Assembly (NCBI GenBank): GCA_963813155.1
Contig: CAWEYG010000001.1
Span: forward strand, 736,001 to 800,000
Direction of reading: 5' to 3'
Source of the DNA: an uncultured Acidobacteriota bacterium
GTDB lineage: Bacteria; Acidobacteriota; Thermoanaerobaculia; UBA5066; DATFVB01
Length of the DNA: 64,000 nucleotides
The translations under genes and the position numbers were made by a program. The notes under the pieces are model-generated. The model was given only the letters and a program-made list of their open reading frames with translations, was not told the DNA's origin and searched no databases. Below, in pieces: positions 19,193-26,934 of this stretch. Positions within the stretch are counted from its first letter, which is position 1. Each line of letters opens with the position of its first letter.

Positions 19193-20436
19193 AAATTACA
19201 GATCTCCAGAAGCGATCGATCGAAGAGCGCGTGCGCGTCTCGGCCCGCGTGGAATGGGAAGACTCCCCCCGAGCGCCCCTGGAGATTTACTACGAAACCG
19301 GCGCCTCGTTCGAGAACGACGTCGCCGCCGATTCCAATGCGTTCCTGACAGCCTGCGTTCTTCCGGCGATGCATCAGGGCGAAAAGAGGATCGCTCTCGA
19401 AGGCCCCGTTTGTCCGCGCCTGTGCGAAGGGCTCTCGACGGCGGGCGCGCTGCTGCGCTCGTGGTGGGGCCCTCCGCGAGGCGAAATCCGGATCGAATCG
19501 GCACGCGGATATCGGGCGCCGGTTCCCCGTCGACCCTCGCGCTCGGCGCTCTTCTTCACCGGAGGGGTCGATTCGCTTCATCTCCTCCGGCGGAACCAGA
19601 TCGACTATCCGCGAGCCCATTCCGAATCGTTCCAGGATGCCATCGCCGTGTTCGGGCTCCTCCGCCCCGATCGGGACGCTCGGGCTGCGCCGGACAAACG
19701 CGACGTCGCCACGCTGGGCGCCCTTTCGAGCATCACAGCCGAGGCGGGACTCCGACTGGTCCCGATCACCACGAACCTCACGCTGCTCGAGCCCGATCTG
19801 GACTTCTTCGCCAAAGAGTTCATCGGCGCGGCCCTGAGCTCCGTGGCTCACCTTCTGTCTTCCACCGTGAGCTCGATCTCGCTGGCATCCGGCCGCAACG
19901 TCCCACTCCTGGTTCCCCTGGGGACGCATCCCCTTCTGGATCCCTGCTTCAGCAGCGGCGCTCTGGATGTTCGCCACGTCGGGCTTCGTTTCTCGCGGAT
20001 TCAACGCATTCGCGAAGTCTGCGAATGGGATGCCGCGATCCGGGGCCTCGTCGTCTGCCTGAATTCTCCGCCGCCGCCGCACCTCAACTGCGGACGCTGC
20101 GAAAAGTGTCTGCGAACGATGACGGCCCTTGCGGCGTTCGGAAAGCTCGCGAGCGCCCGACTGTTTCCCGTCCCCGAGATTTCCGCCGCGATGATCGATT
20201 CGGCCGCTGTGACGCCCCACGTCGCCGGCTACTGGAGAGAGCTCCTGGGCCCTCTTCGAGACGCGCGTCGACCCGATCTCACTGCCGCGGTCGAGCGAAG
20301 ACTCGACGCCGCGAATCAAGCGAGGCGGTGGTTTGAGGAAGAGGGCTGGAAAGGGACGATGCGAAAGATCGATCGGCGATTTCTGGGAGGGGCAGCGCTG
20401 CGAGTCCGGCGAGTCCTGTGGAACGCCGCGAAATGA
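19189..20436 (+). CDS. QueC-like PP-loop family protein, paralogue P9 (closest to P7)
   Basis: GTGA overlap; LFFTGGVDS, PLGTHPLLDP, NCGRCEKCLRT; PAMH.GE.RIAL.GPVCPRL shared with P7. Confidence 0.85.
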   Translation: MKITDLQKRSIEERVRVSARVEWEDSPRAPLEIYYETGASFENDVAADSNAFLTACVLPAMHQGEKRIALEGPVCPRLCEGLSTAGALLRSWWGPPRGEIRIESARGYRAPVPRRPSRSALFFTGGVDSLHLLRRNQIDYPRAHSESFQDAIAVFGLLRPDRDARAAPDKRDVATLGALSSITAEAGLRLVPITTNLTLLEPDLDFFAKEFIGAALSSVAHLLSSTVSSISLASGRNVPLLVPLGTHPLLDPCFSSGALDVRHVGLRFSRIQRIREVCEWDAAIRGLVVCLNSPPPPHLNCGRCEKCLRTMTALAAFGKLASARLFPVPEISAAMIDSAAVTPHVAGYWRELLGPLRDARRPDLTAAVERRLDAANQARRWFEEEGWKGTMRKIDRRFLGGAALRVRRVLWNAAK

Positions 20437-21692
20437 AAGTCACGAACTTTCACCGGGAGGCTGGAACCGAAGACCGCTCCTGCTCGGCCGCGACGATTCA
20501 CTGGGAGGACAACGACCGGCCTCCGTTCGAAATGCGGTTCGAATGGAATGGAGACCCCCGGGAAACTTCACACCGCGAAATCCATCCGTTTCTGCTCGCA
20601 TCGATTCTCCCCGCCTGGCGGCGAGGAGAACGCCGGATCACTCTGGAGGGCGAGATCTGCCCGAGGCTCCGGGATGGTCTGGATACCGCACAGCAGATCC
20701 TTTCGAACTGGTACGGCCCGGAGCGCAAGCCCGTCGCGCTCGAGCCCGCACTCGGCTTTCGCTCCTACGACCGAAGACTCGAGAGCGCGGGCCTTTTCCT
20801 GACCGGCGGAGTCGACTCGCTTCACATGCTCCAGGCCAATCGCAGCGCGTTTCCCCCGGAACACCCCGCCTTTTTTCGCGAGGCGATCTATGTTTCCCGC
20901 CTTTCGTTCGTCGAAGAAATCCCGAGCGCACGGTCGCTGGACCTGGCGCGCCGACAGGCGGTGGCGGTCGAATCGATTTGCGCGCGGAACAATCTCCGGT
21001 TCCGGCGTCTGGAGAGCAATTTTCGCCTTCTCGACCACGAAAACTGGATGGTCGCCCCCCAGGATCAGGGCGCTCTTCTCGCGGCCTGCGGTCACGTCCT
21101 GTCTTCGGAGCTCGGCACGGTCTCGCTGGCCGCGTCTCTCGACATCACGTTTCTTCCGCACTGGGGAACGCACCCCCTTCTCGACACGAACTACAGCAGC
21201 TCGGGCCTCGAGTTCCGCCACGAAGGGATCGGCCGCGGACGCTTCGACAAGCTGGGGGAGATCGCCGACTGGGACACCGCCCATCGAGACCTGCTCGTTT
21301 GCTTCGAAGGCCCCATGCCAGCCGGCCAGCTCAACTGCGGCAGGTGCGAAAAGTGTGTTCGCACGATGACGGGTCTCCTGGTCCTGGGGGCTCTCGGTCG
21401 CTTCGACGTTTTCGGGTCCACCCAGGTGACGGTGTCGATGATCGAGAACATGGGCTACGGATACCATTCGGAGTTCTTCGAATGGCTCTGGCGCCCGATG
21501 GTCGAACCGCTCCGGCGGATCGCCCGCTCCGACCTCGCCCGAGCCGCGGAGGCTCAGCTCGCCTCCGCCCGAAAACACCGAGCCTGGATCGAAGAGCGGG
21601 ATTGGCGAGGGCGAATTCGGCGATTCGACCGGAAGCACCTCCGGGGCGCACTCTTGAAGGCGACTCGCGGAATCCGAAACAAAACGCGCTGA
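20433..21692 (+). CDS. QueC-like PP-loop family protein, paralogue P10
   Basis: ATGA overlap; LFLTGGVDS, HWGTHPLLDT and VCFEGP..NCGRCEKCVRT. Confidence 0.85.
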   Translation: MKVTNFHREAGTEDRSCSAATIHWEDNDRPPFEMRFEWNGDPRETSHREIHPFLLASILPAWRRGERRITLEGEICPRLRDGLDTAQQILSNWYGPERKPVALEPALGFRSYDRRLESAGLFLTGGVDSLHMLQANRSAFPPEHPAFFREAIYVSRLSFVEEIPSARSLDLARRQAVAVESICARNNLRFRRLESNFRLLDHENWMVAPQDQGALLAACGHVLSSELGTVSLAASLDITFLPHWGTHPLLDTNYSSSGLEFRHEGIGRGRFDKLGEIADWDTAHRDLLVCFEGPMPAGQLNCGRCEKCVRTMTGLLVLGALGRFDVFGSTQVTVSMIENMGYGYHSEFFEWLWRPMVEPLRRIARSDLARAAEAQLASARKHRAWIEERDWRGRIRRFDRKHLRGALLKATRGIRNKTR

Positions 21693-21713
21693 CCGTCCCG
21701 CGCGCCCGGAATG

Positions 21714-23552
21714 TCAGGGGTCTCCGCCGAGGCAACGTCGCGTCCACGCGTCGAAGATTCGAATGCGAAGCCGGAATTGGGGATCGAGCGATTCCCCGTC
21801 CGCCGGCGTCGAATCCATCCATCCGCCTTCGACGAGCCTCTGCCTCGCCTCGCGCACGGCGAGCGGCAGGCTTTGAACCCGGCTCTCAAAGGGACCGGGC
21901 AAGCCGAGCTTTCGGGGGCGTCGCAAGACCGAGTCGGGAACGACACCCGCGAGCGCGGCCCGAAGCACGGCTTTCGTCCAGCCGTCTCGGAGGAGAAACT
22001 CCGCGGGCAGGCTCCTCGCAAACTCCACGATCCTGTAATCGAGGAAGGGAAGTCGCGTTTCGATCCCCCACGCCATCGAGTCGCGATCCTCGAAAGCGAG
22101 AAGGCCCGGCAGATAGTCGAAGCAAAGCAGGTGCCTCTGGTGCTGCCGCAAGGAACCGTCGACCGGGCAGCCGCAGGGAAGCGGGCGCCGGGCGGTCCGG
22201 AGGATTCCCACCGTGTGACGGGCCCCCCGGACAAGTCCCCAACGGCGGCGGCCCGAGAGAAACCCTTCGCGAATCGCGGCCAGCGGCCGCCCCCCGTTCC
22301 AGAGCTGCTTCGTGTAAACGTCCCACGGCTCGTACCCGCCAAACAGCTCGTCGGAGCCCTGCCCGGAGAGCATCACCGGGAAACCGAGCTGCTTCGCCCG
22401 CCGGTGAAGCAGCCACTGTGCGAAAAAGAGACTCGACGGAACGAGGGCATCGACCGTCTCGATGAAGCAATCGAGACTCTCGGCGAATTCCTCTGCAGAG
22501 GGCTCGATGAAGTCCCCCGAGAACCGGGTCGCGTCCAGAACGTCTCGAATGTAGGCGCTTTCGTCGATGTCCGGGAGCTTCGGATACCGCGTCGAGATGG
22601 TGCGGCCGGAAAATTCTCCCTGCGAGGCGCGGTGACACAGAATGCCCGCGATTCCCGAAGAGTCGACGCCGCCCGAAAGCAACAACCCGATCGGCACGTC
22701 CGCGCGCAGTCGCAACGCGACGGAGTCCTCGAGCAATCCGCGGAGCCTCGCCGCCGCCTCCGGAAGGGTCGCGGGCGGAGCGATCGCCGCCACCCGTTCG
22801 TCATACCACTTCTCGATCCGAATTCCCGCGCGCCCGACCCGCAGGACATTGCCCGGCGGCAGGCAGCGGTAAGAGTCGTAGCAGGTGACGTCGACGCCGT
22901 CGGTCGTCGAACCCGTTGCGAGGTAGGTTCGCGCGAAGTCGACGTTCGGCGCGGCCGGCCGCACCGGTCGAAGCGCCTTGGGTTCGGAGGCGAACGCGAA
23001 CAGGGAACCCGCGGTCGTGTAGTAGAACGGCTTGATCGCAAATCGATCGCGAGCGCAGAAGAGCTCCCGGCGCTCCGCATCCCAGATCGCGAAGGCCCAC
23101 ATTCCGTTGAATCGGTCGAGAGCCTTCGCCCCCCATCGAACATATGCGGCAAGCAGCACTTCCGTGTCGGTCGAGGTGGTGAATTCCTCCCCTTCCGCCC
23201 GAAGTTCGTCACGCAGCTCGGGCGCGTTGTAGATCGCGCCGTTGAACACGATCCACCAGCGGCCGTTCGCCCGGCTCATCGGCTGGCGACCGAATTCGGA
23301 GAGATCGGTGATTGCCAGCCGCTGATGCCCAAGCGCGACCTCGAGCCCCGGGGCCCCGGCGGCGCCAGGACTCGGCCGCGTCGACGAAGGAAGCGGCGAA
23401 TGTCGGGCGCCCTGGAGAAGCGAAACGCCGTCGTCTTCGAGCCAGGCGCCGCCGTTCGGCCCGCGGTGCTCGATCCGATGGAGCATCCGCAGGAGAACGT
23501 CGCGATCCGCCGCGCCGCCGGAGAGGTCGAGGAGCCCCGCGATTCCGCACAT
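21714..23552 (-). CDS. AsnB-like class II glutamine amidotransferase (copy 2)
   Basis: MCGIAG, HRGPN, LLSGGVDSS and LSGQGSDELFGGY; a 92-aa stretch differs from copy 1 at only 3 positions. Confidence 0.9.
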   Translation of the reverse strand: MCGIAGLLDLSGGAADRDVLLRMLHRIEHRGPNGGAWLEDDGVSLLQGARHSPLPSSTRPSPGAAGAPGLEVALGHQRLAITDLSEFGRQPMSRANGRWWIVFNGAIYNAPELRDELRAEGEEFTTSTDTEVLLAAYVRWGAKALDRFNGMWAFAIWDAERRELFCARDRFAIKPFYYTTAGSLFAFASEPKALRPVRPAAPNVDFARTYLATGSTTDGVDVTCYDSYRCLPPGNVLRVGRAGIRIEKWYDERVAAIAPPATLPEAAARLRGLLEDSVALRLRADVPIGLLLSGGVDSSGIAGILCHRASQGEFSGRTISTRYPKLPDIDESAYIRDVLDATRFSGDFIEPSAEEFAESLDCFIETVDALVPSSLFFAQWLLHRRAKQLGFPVMLSGQGSDELFGGYEPWDVYTKQLWNGGRPLAAIREGFLSGRRRWGLVRGARHTVGILRTARRPLPCGCPVDGSLRQHQRHLLCFDYLPGLLAFEDRDSMAWGIETRLPFLDYRIVEFARSLPAEFLLRDGWTKAVLRAALAGVVPDSVLRRPRKLGLPGPFESRVQSLPLAVREARQRLVEGGWMDSTPADGESLDPQFRLRIRIFDAWTRRCLGGDP

Positions 23553-23560
23553 GGACAGGC

Positions 23561-23608
23561 GATCTTAGCCTGATCGAAATGCCGCGCTTATACTCGCGCC
23601 CGTGCGCG
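23561..23608. promoter_or_regulatory. Duplicated bidirectional promoter (copy 2)
   Basis: TAAGAT (minus strand, 23562-23567) 9 nt before the asnB ATG; TATACT (23589-23594) 7 nt before GTG23602. Confidence 0.65.
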
Positions 23609-24858
23609 TCGAGAATTTCGCTCTGACCCGGACGGGCGAGGCAGTCCGCCTCACCGCCGATATCATCTGGGAGGAGGCGCCGCGAAAGCCTTTTCAGCTC
23701 TATTACGAGATCGATGCGCGCTTCGCGGCGGATCTTCCTGATGACGGCGACGCGTTTCTCTGTTCGATCGCGATATCGGCATCGCGCGACGGAGAACGGC
23801 GCGTCCTCGTGGATCGGCCGGTGTCCCGCCGGCTTGCGGAAGGGGTGACAAGGGCGGTCGCGATTCTCAAGACCTGGTACCCCGGCCCCCGCACGCTCCC
23901 CCGGCTGGAATCTCCCGCCGGGTTCCTCACCCGGAGCAGCGGCGCCGGTTGCGCCTCCCTGTGCCTGACCGGCGGAGTGGATTCGATGCACGCGCTCCGG
24001 CAGAACCGCCGGAATCATTCCGCCTCCGATCCCCGGTCGTTCCGGCGGGCTCTTTACGTGCTTCACCTTTCGTTTCCTGCGGGCGACGCGCTCGCGCGCG
24101 CCCGCGACCTGGCGAAGAGGCAGCTGGCAACGCTCTCCGCAATCTGTGAGGAGACGGACCTTGACCTCTGCGCGGTTCGCACGAACGTTCGCCTGATCGA
24201 GCCCTCTCTGTCTTATTCGCAGGCGGAAGGGCTGGGCTCCCTTCTGAGCGCGTCCGCCCATATCCAGGCGCGCGGGCTCTCGTCCCTCTCGATCGCGTCG
24301 TCGTCCTACGAAGCGGAAGACCTCCGGCCCTGGGGCACCCACCCGTTGCTCGATCCGAACTTTTCGTCCAACTCTCTGGCAGTGATTCACGAAGACGCAG
24401 GCGTGCCGCGAACCGACAAAGTCCGGAACATCGCCCGGTGGAAACCGGCGTCACGGCACCTTCTCGTCTGCTTCGAGGGGCCGCTCGCGGATGGCCGGGC
24501 CAACTGCGGACAGTGCGAGAAGTGCTTGCGAACGATGACGGCTTTGCTCGCCGTTGAAGGCGCCGAAGAGAACGAGGCCTTTGCGGGCGCCAGGGTCACC
24601 GCCGAGGCGATTCGGCAAATGCCTCTCAGTTACGACCCGAACGAATTTCCGTACCTCTGGGAACCGCTCGCGAGATCGATGGACGGGACCGGCCGGGGCG
24701 ATCTCGCTTCCGCAATCCGCCGTCGCGTCGCGGAAGCCCGGAGATATCTGAAATGGCGCGCCGAAAAGGACTGGAAGGGGGTTCTCCGGAGGCTCGATCG
24801 GCGGTTGCTGGGTGGGCGCCTCACCGCGGCGACCCGAAAGCTGCGCGGAATCCGTTGA
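23602..24858 (+). CDS. QueC-like PP-loop family protein, paralogue P11
   Basis: LCLTGGVDS, PWGTHPLLDP, VCFEGP..NCGQCEKCLRT and DWKGVLRRLDRRLLGGRL. Confidence 0.85.
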   Translation: MRVENFALTRTGEAVRLTADIIWEEAPRKPFQLYYEIDARFAADLPDDGDAFLCSIAISASRDGERRVLVDRPVSRRLAEGVTRAVAILKTWYPGPRTLPRLESPAGFLTRSSGAGCASLCLTGGVDSMHALRQNRRNHSASDPRSFRRALYVLHLSFPAGDALARARDLAKRQLATLSAICEETDLDLCAVRTNVRLIEPSLSYSQAEGLGSLLSASAHIQARGLSSLSIASSSYEAEDLRPWGTHPLLDPNFSSNSLAVIHEDAGVPRTDKVRNIARWKPASRHLLVCFEGPLADGRANCGQCEKCLRTMTALLAVEGAEENEAFAGARVTAEAIRQMPLSYDPNEFPYLWEPLARSMDGTGRGDLASAIRRRVAEARRYLKWRAEKDWKGVLRRLDRRLLGGRLTAATRKLRGIR

Positions 24859-24949
24859 TCGTCTTCCTGCATGCGCGGGCCCTCGACAGGCCAACTTTCA
24901 TCCCCACTCCAATCGCGATAGTCTCCTCGGCGGAGAGAAGGGAGAGTCC

Positions 24950-25549
24950 ATGCCCGAAGGTCCCGAGCTCGAACGCGAATTCGATCGCCTACAAGAGTCG
25001 GTTCACGAAGCCGCGGAAGAAGAGAGCGAAGGACGTCGCTTCCTTCGGTTCGTCGCCCTTTCGACCGCGCTCATCGCGGTCGTCGCGGCAATCGCCGCCC
25101 TCGAAGCCGGAAGCACGGTCAACGAGGCGCTCTTGAAGAAAAACGCCTCGATCGCGTCGAGCACGACGGCATTCGACGGCTGGTCTCAATATCAGGCCAA
25201 GGGAATCAAGGCGGCCGTCCTCTCCAGCCAGAAGCAGATCCTCATCTCGATGGATCGAGTGCCCCAGCCGTCGATCGACGCCGACCTCGCCCGCTATCAG
25301 AAAGAACAGGCGGAGATCTCCGAGGCGAATCGGAAGCTCGAGAAGACGTCGCGCGACGAAGAGGAAGAGGCCGATCACCTCATCCACCGCCATCACCGTT
25401 TTGCCGCTTCCGTCGCGCTCCTTCAGATCGCCGTCGCTCTCTCCGCGATCGCCGCCCTCTCCCGCAACCGGGGAATGTGGATGCTTTCGCTCGCGATCGC
25501 AGCCGCCGGAGCGGTGGTCTTCGCCGACGGATTCCTTCTGTTCTTCTGA
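24950..25549 (+). CDS. DUF4337-like membrane protein
   Basis: VALSTALIAVVAAIAAL, A.DGWSQYQAKGIK, coiled coil and HRHHRFAASVALLQIAVALSAIA. Confidence 0.75.
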   Translation: MPEGPELEREFDRLQESVHEAAEEESEGRRFLRFVALSTALIAVVAAIAALEAGSTVNEALLKKNASIASSTTAFDGWSQYQAKGIKAAVLSSQKQILISMDRVPQPSIDADLARYQKEQAEISEANRKLEKTSRDEEEEADHLIHRHHRFAASVALLQIAVALSAIAALSRNRGMWMLSLAIAAAGAVVFADGFLLFF

Positions 25550-25561
25550 GCGGCGGCGGGC

Positions 25562-26431
25562 GTGAGGCGGCCGCGAGAGATTCTCACCGACTGGATCATT
25601 TCCGTCGTCACGAAGCCCCGCCGGGTTTATCGGCGCTACGGCTCGAACGACGTCGCAAACCTGAAAAAGCACGTGCGCAAGTGCGACGTCATCCTCGTCG
25701 ACGGCGATCAGCGCGTTTCGCAGGCGATCAAGACGCTTACGATGTCTTCCTGGTCCCACAATTGCGTCTATATCGGCGACGAGCTCGTCCGCCGAAACCA
25801 TCCGATGCGGGACGAAGTCGAGCGTCGTTTCGGAAAAGAAGCTCGGCATCTCGTGATCGAGGCCCTCGTCAGCACGGGTGTCGTCGTCTCTCCCCTGATC
25901 AAGTACCTCGACTTCAACCTTCGAGTCTGCAGGGCTTTCGGTCTTCGGGGCGACGATGCCCAGACGATCCTCGACGACCTGATCTCCCAGATCGGGAATC
26001 GCTACGACGTCAAGAATTTCACGGATCTGATGCGATACCTGCTTCCGTTCCACTGGATTCCGGCCCGCTTTCGCGAGGACGCGCTGCACCTCGGAAGCGG
26101 CGTGGCAACCGAAACGATCTGCTCCTCGATGACGGCGGCCGCGTTCCAGAAGGTCGGGTTTCCGATCCTCGCCGACTTCCGTCCCGAGAAGCCCCAGACG
26201 GCCTCGGAAAGGCTCAAAGCGGCGCTCTTCGGGCGCCGGGCGAGACGCGCGTACACGGGCCTTTTCCATTCGCGCCACCCGACGCTCATCGTCCCGAGGG
26301 ACTTCGACCTTTCCCCCTATTTCGAGATCGTGAAATTCAACGCGATCGCGGACGGATCCCTCGACTATCGAAAGATCCGGTGGGCGAGAATGAACGTTTT
26401 TCCCGAGGCGAAGGGCAGGCCCCGCCGATAG
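25562..26431 (+). CDS. Permuted papain-like (YiiX/YebB, NlpC/P60) protein
   Basis: DVILVDG..SQAIK.LT.SSWSH (His) and C-terminal ICSS (Cys); PRDFDLSPYFEIVK. Confidence 0.75.
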   Translation: MRRPREILTDWIISVVTKPRRVYRRYGSNDVANLKKHVRKCDVILVDGDQRVSQAIKTLTMSSWSHNCVYIGDELVRRNHPMRDEVERRFGKEARHLVIEALVSTGVVVSPLIKYLDFNLRVCRAFGLRGDDAQTILDDLISQIGNRYDVKNFTDLMRYLLPFHWIPARFREDALHLGSGVATETICSSMTAAAFQKVGFPILADFRPEKPQTASERLKAALFGRRARRAYTGLFHSRHPTLIVPRDFDLSPYFEIVKFNAIADGSLDYRKIRWARMNVFPEAKGRPRR

Positions 26432-26440
26432 CCGCCGGTC

Positions 26441-26809
26441 TCACCGGGCCGGCGGAGCCGCTCCCGCGGCGCTTAGGCCTTCCTCAGTTTTCCGGCCAAG
26501 TTCGAAAGCCGCCTTGTAGCCCTTCGACTGTTTGATCTTTTTCACCTGGGCCTTTTGCGCCTTATTGAGACTGCGAACGAGGCCCATGTACTTGCCCTGC
26601 AGCTTGCGCATGTTCTTGACCTGGACCGACGACTCTTTGCGCGCCCGGGACACAGCTTTCTTGACGACCGAGCGCGTTCGGCGCGTGCCTCGATCGATCT
26701 CCCGCGACGCCGTCCGCCCGAATGCCTTTTGAAGGCCCGAAAGCTGTTTCTGAAGGTCTTCGATTCCCTGCCTGAGATTGTCCACAGTCTTGAAGATGTC
26801 GTTTGCCAT
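26441..26809 (-). CDS. Small, very basic coiled-coil hypothetical protein
   Basis: GGAGG RBS upstream; K/R-rich, with RKLQGKYMGLVRSL..AQKAQVKKIKQSKG; the C-terminus may be affected by an extra A near 26490. Confidence 0.7.
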   Translation of the reverse strand: MANDIFKTVDNLRQGIEDLQKQLSGLQKAFGRTASREIDRGTRRTRSVVKKAVSRARKESSVQVKNMRKLQGKYMGLVRSLNKAQKAQVKKIKQSKGYKAAFELGRKTEEGLSAAGAAPPAR

Positions 26810-26888
26810 TATTCCTCCTGGAGCGGGAGTCTATAGCGAATCTCGCCGAAACGTTGCACATTGTTGCATAGTGGGGCGCGCTCGCGGG

Positions 26889-26927
26889 ATGACAATAATG
26901 ACAGCTCCTGTCATTGTCACAATGACT
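26889..26927. promoter_or_regulatory. Cluster of TGACA/TGTCA motifs with an inverted repeat (operator-like)
   Basis: ATGACAATAATGACAG-CTC-CTGTCATTGTCACAATGACT; AT-rich, upstream of the small basic protein gene. Confidence 0.45.
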
Positions 26928-26934
26928 ATAGGGC

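Noticed and set aside
15979-23552. Lasso peptide cluster (AsnB-like cyclases)
   Set aside because: Both proteins keep the N-terminal Cys glutaminase domain (MCGIAG), and no B1/B2 proteins or lasso-type precursor are visible.
7224-24858. Canonical queuosine queC genes
   Set aside because: The proteins are about 410-420 aa versus about 230 aa for QueC, lack the VPxRN motif, and have no queD/queE/queF/tgt nearby.
7224-24858. Qat, type IV CBASS or Dpd defence system
   Set aside because: No recognisable KAP ATPase, TatD, CD-NTase, TGT-like or Dpd partner in the window.
7224-24858. Assembly artefact or diversity-generating retroelement explaining the repeats
   Set aside because: Copies diverge along their whole length with intact frames and distinct junctions; there is no reverse transcriptase or adenine-specific TR/VR pair.
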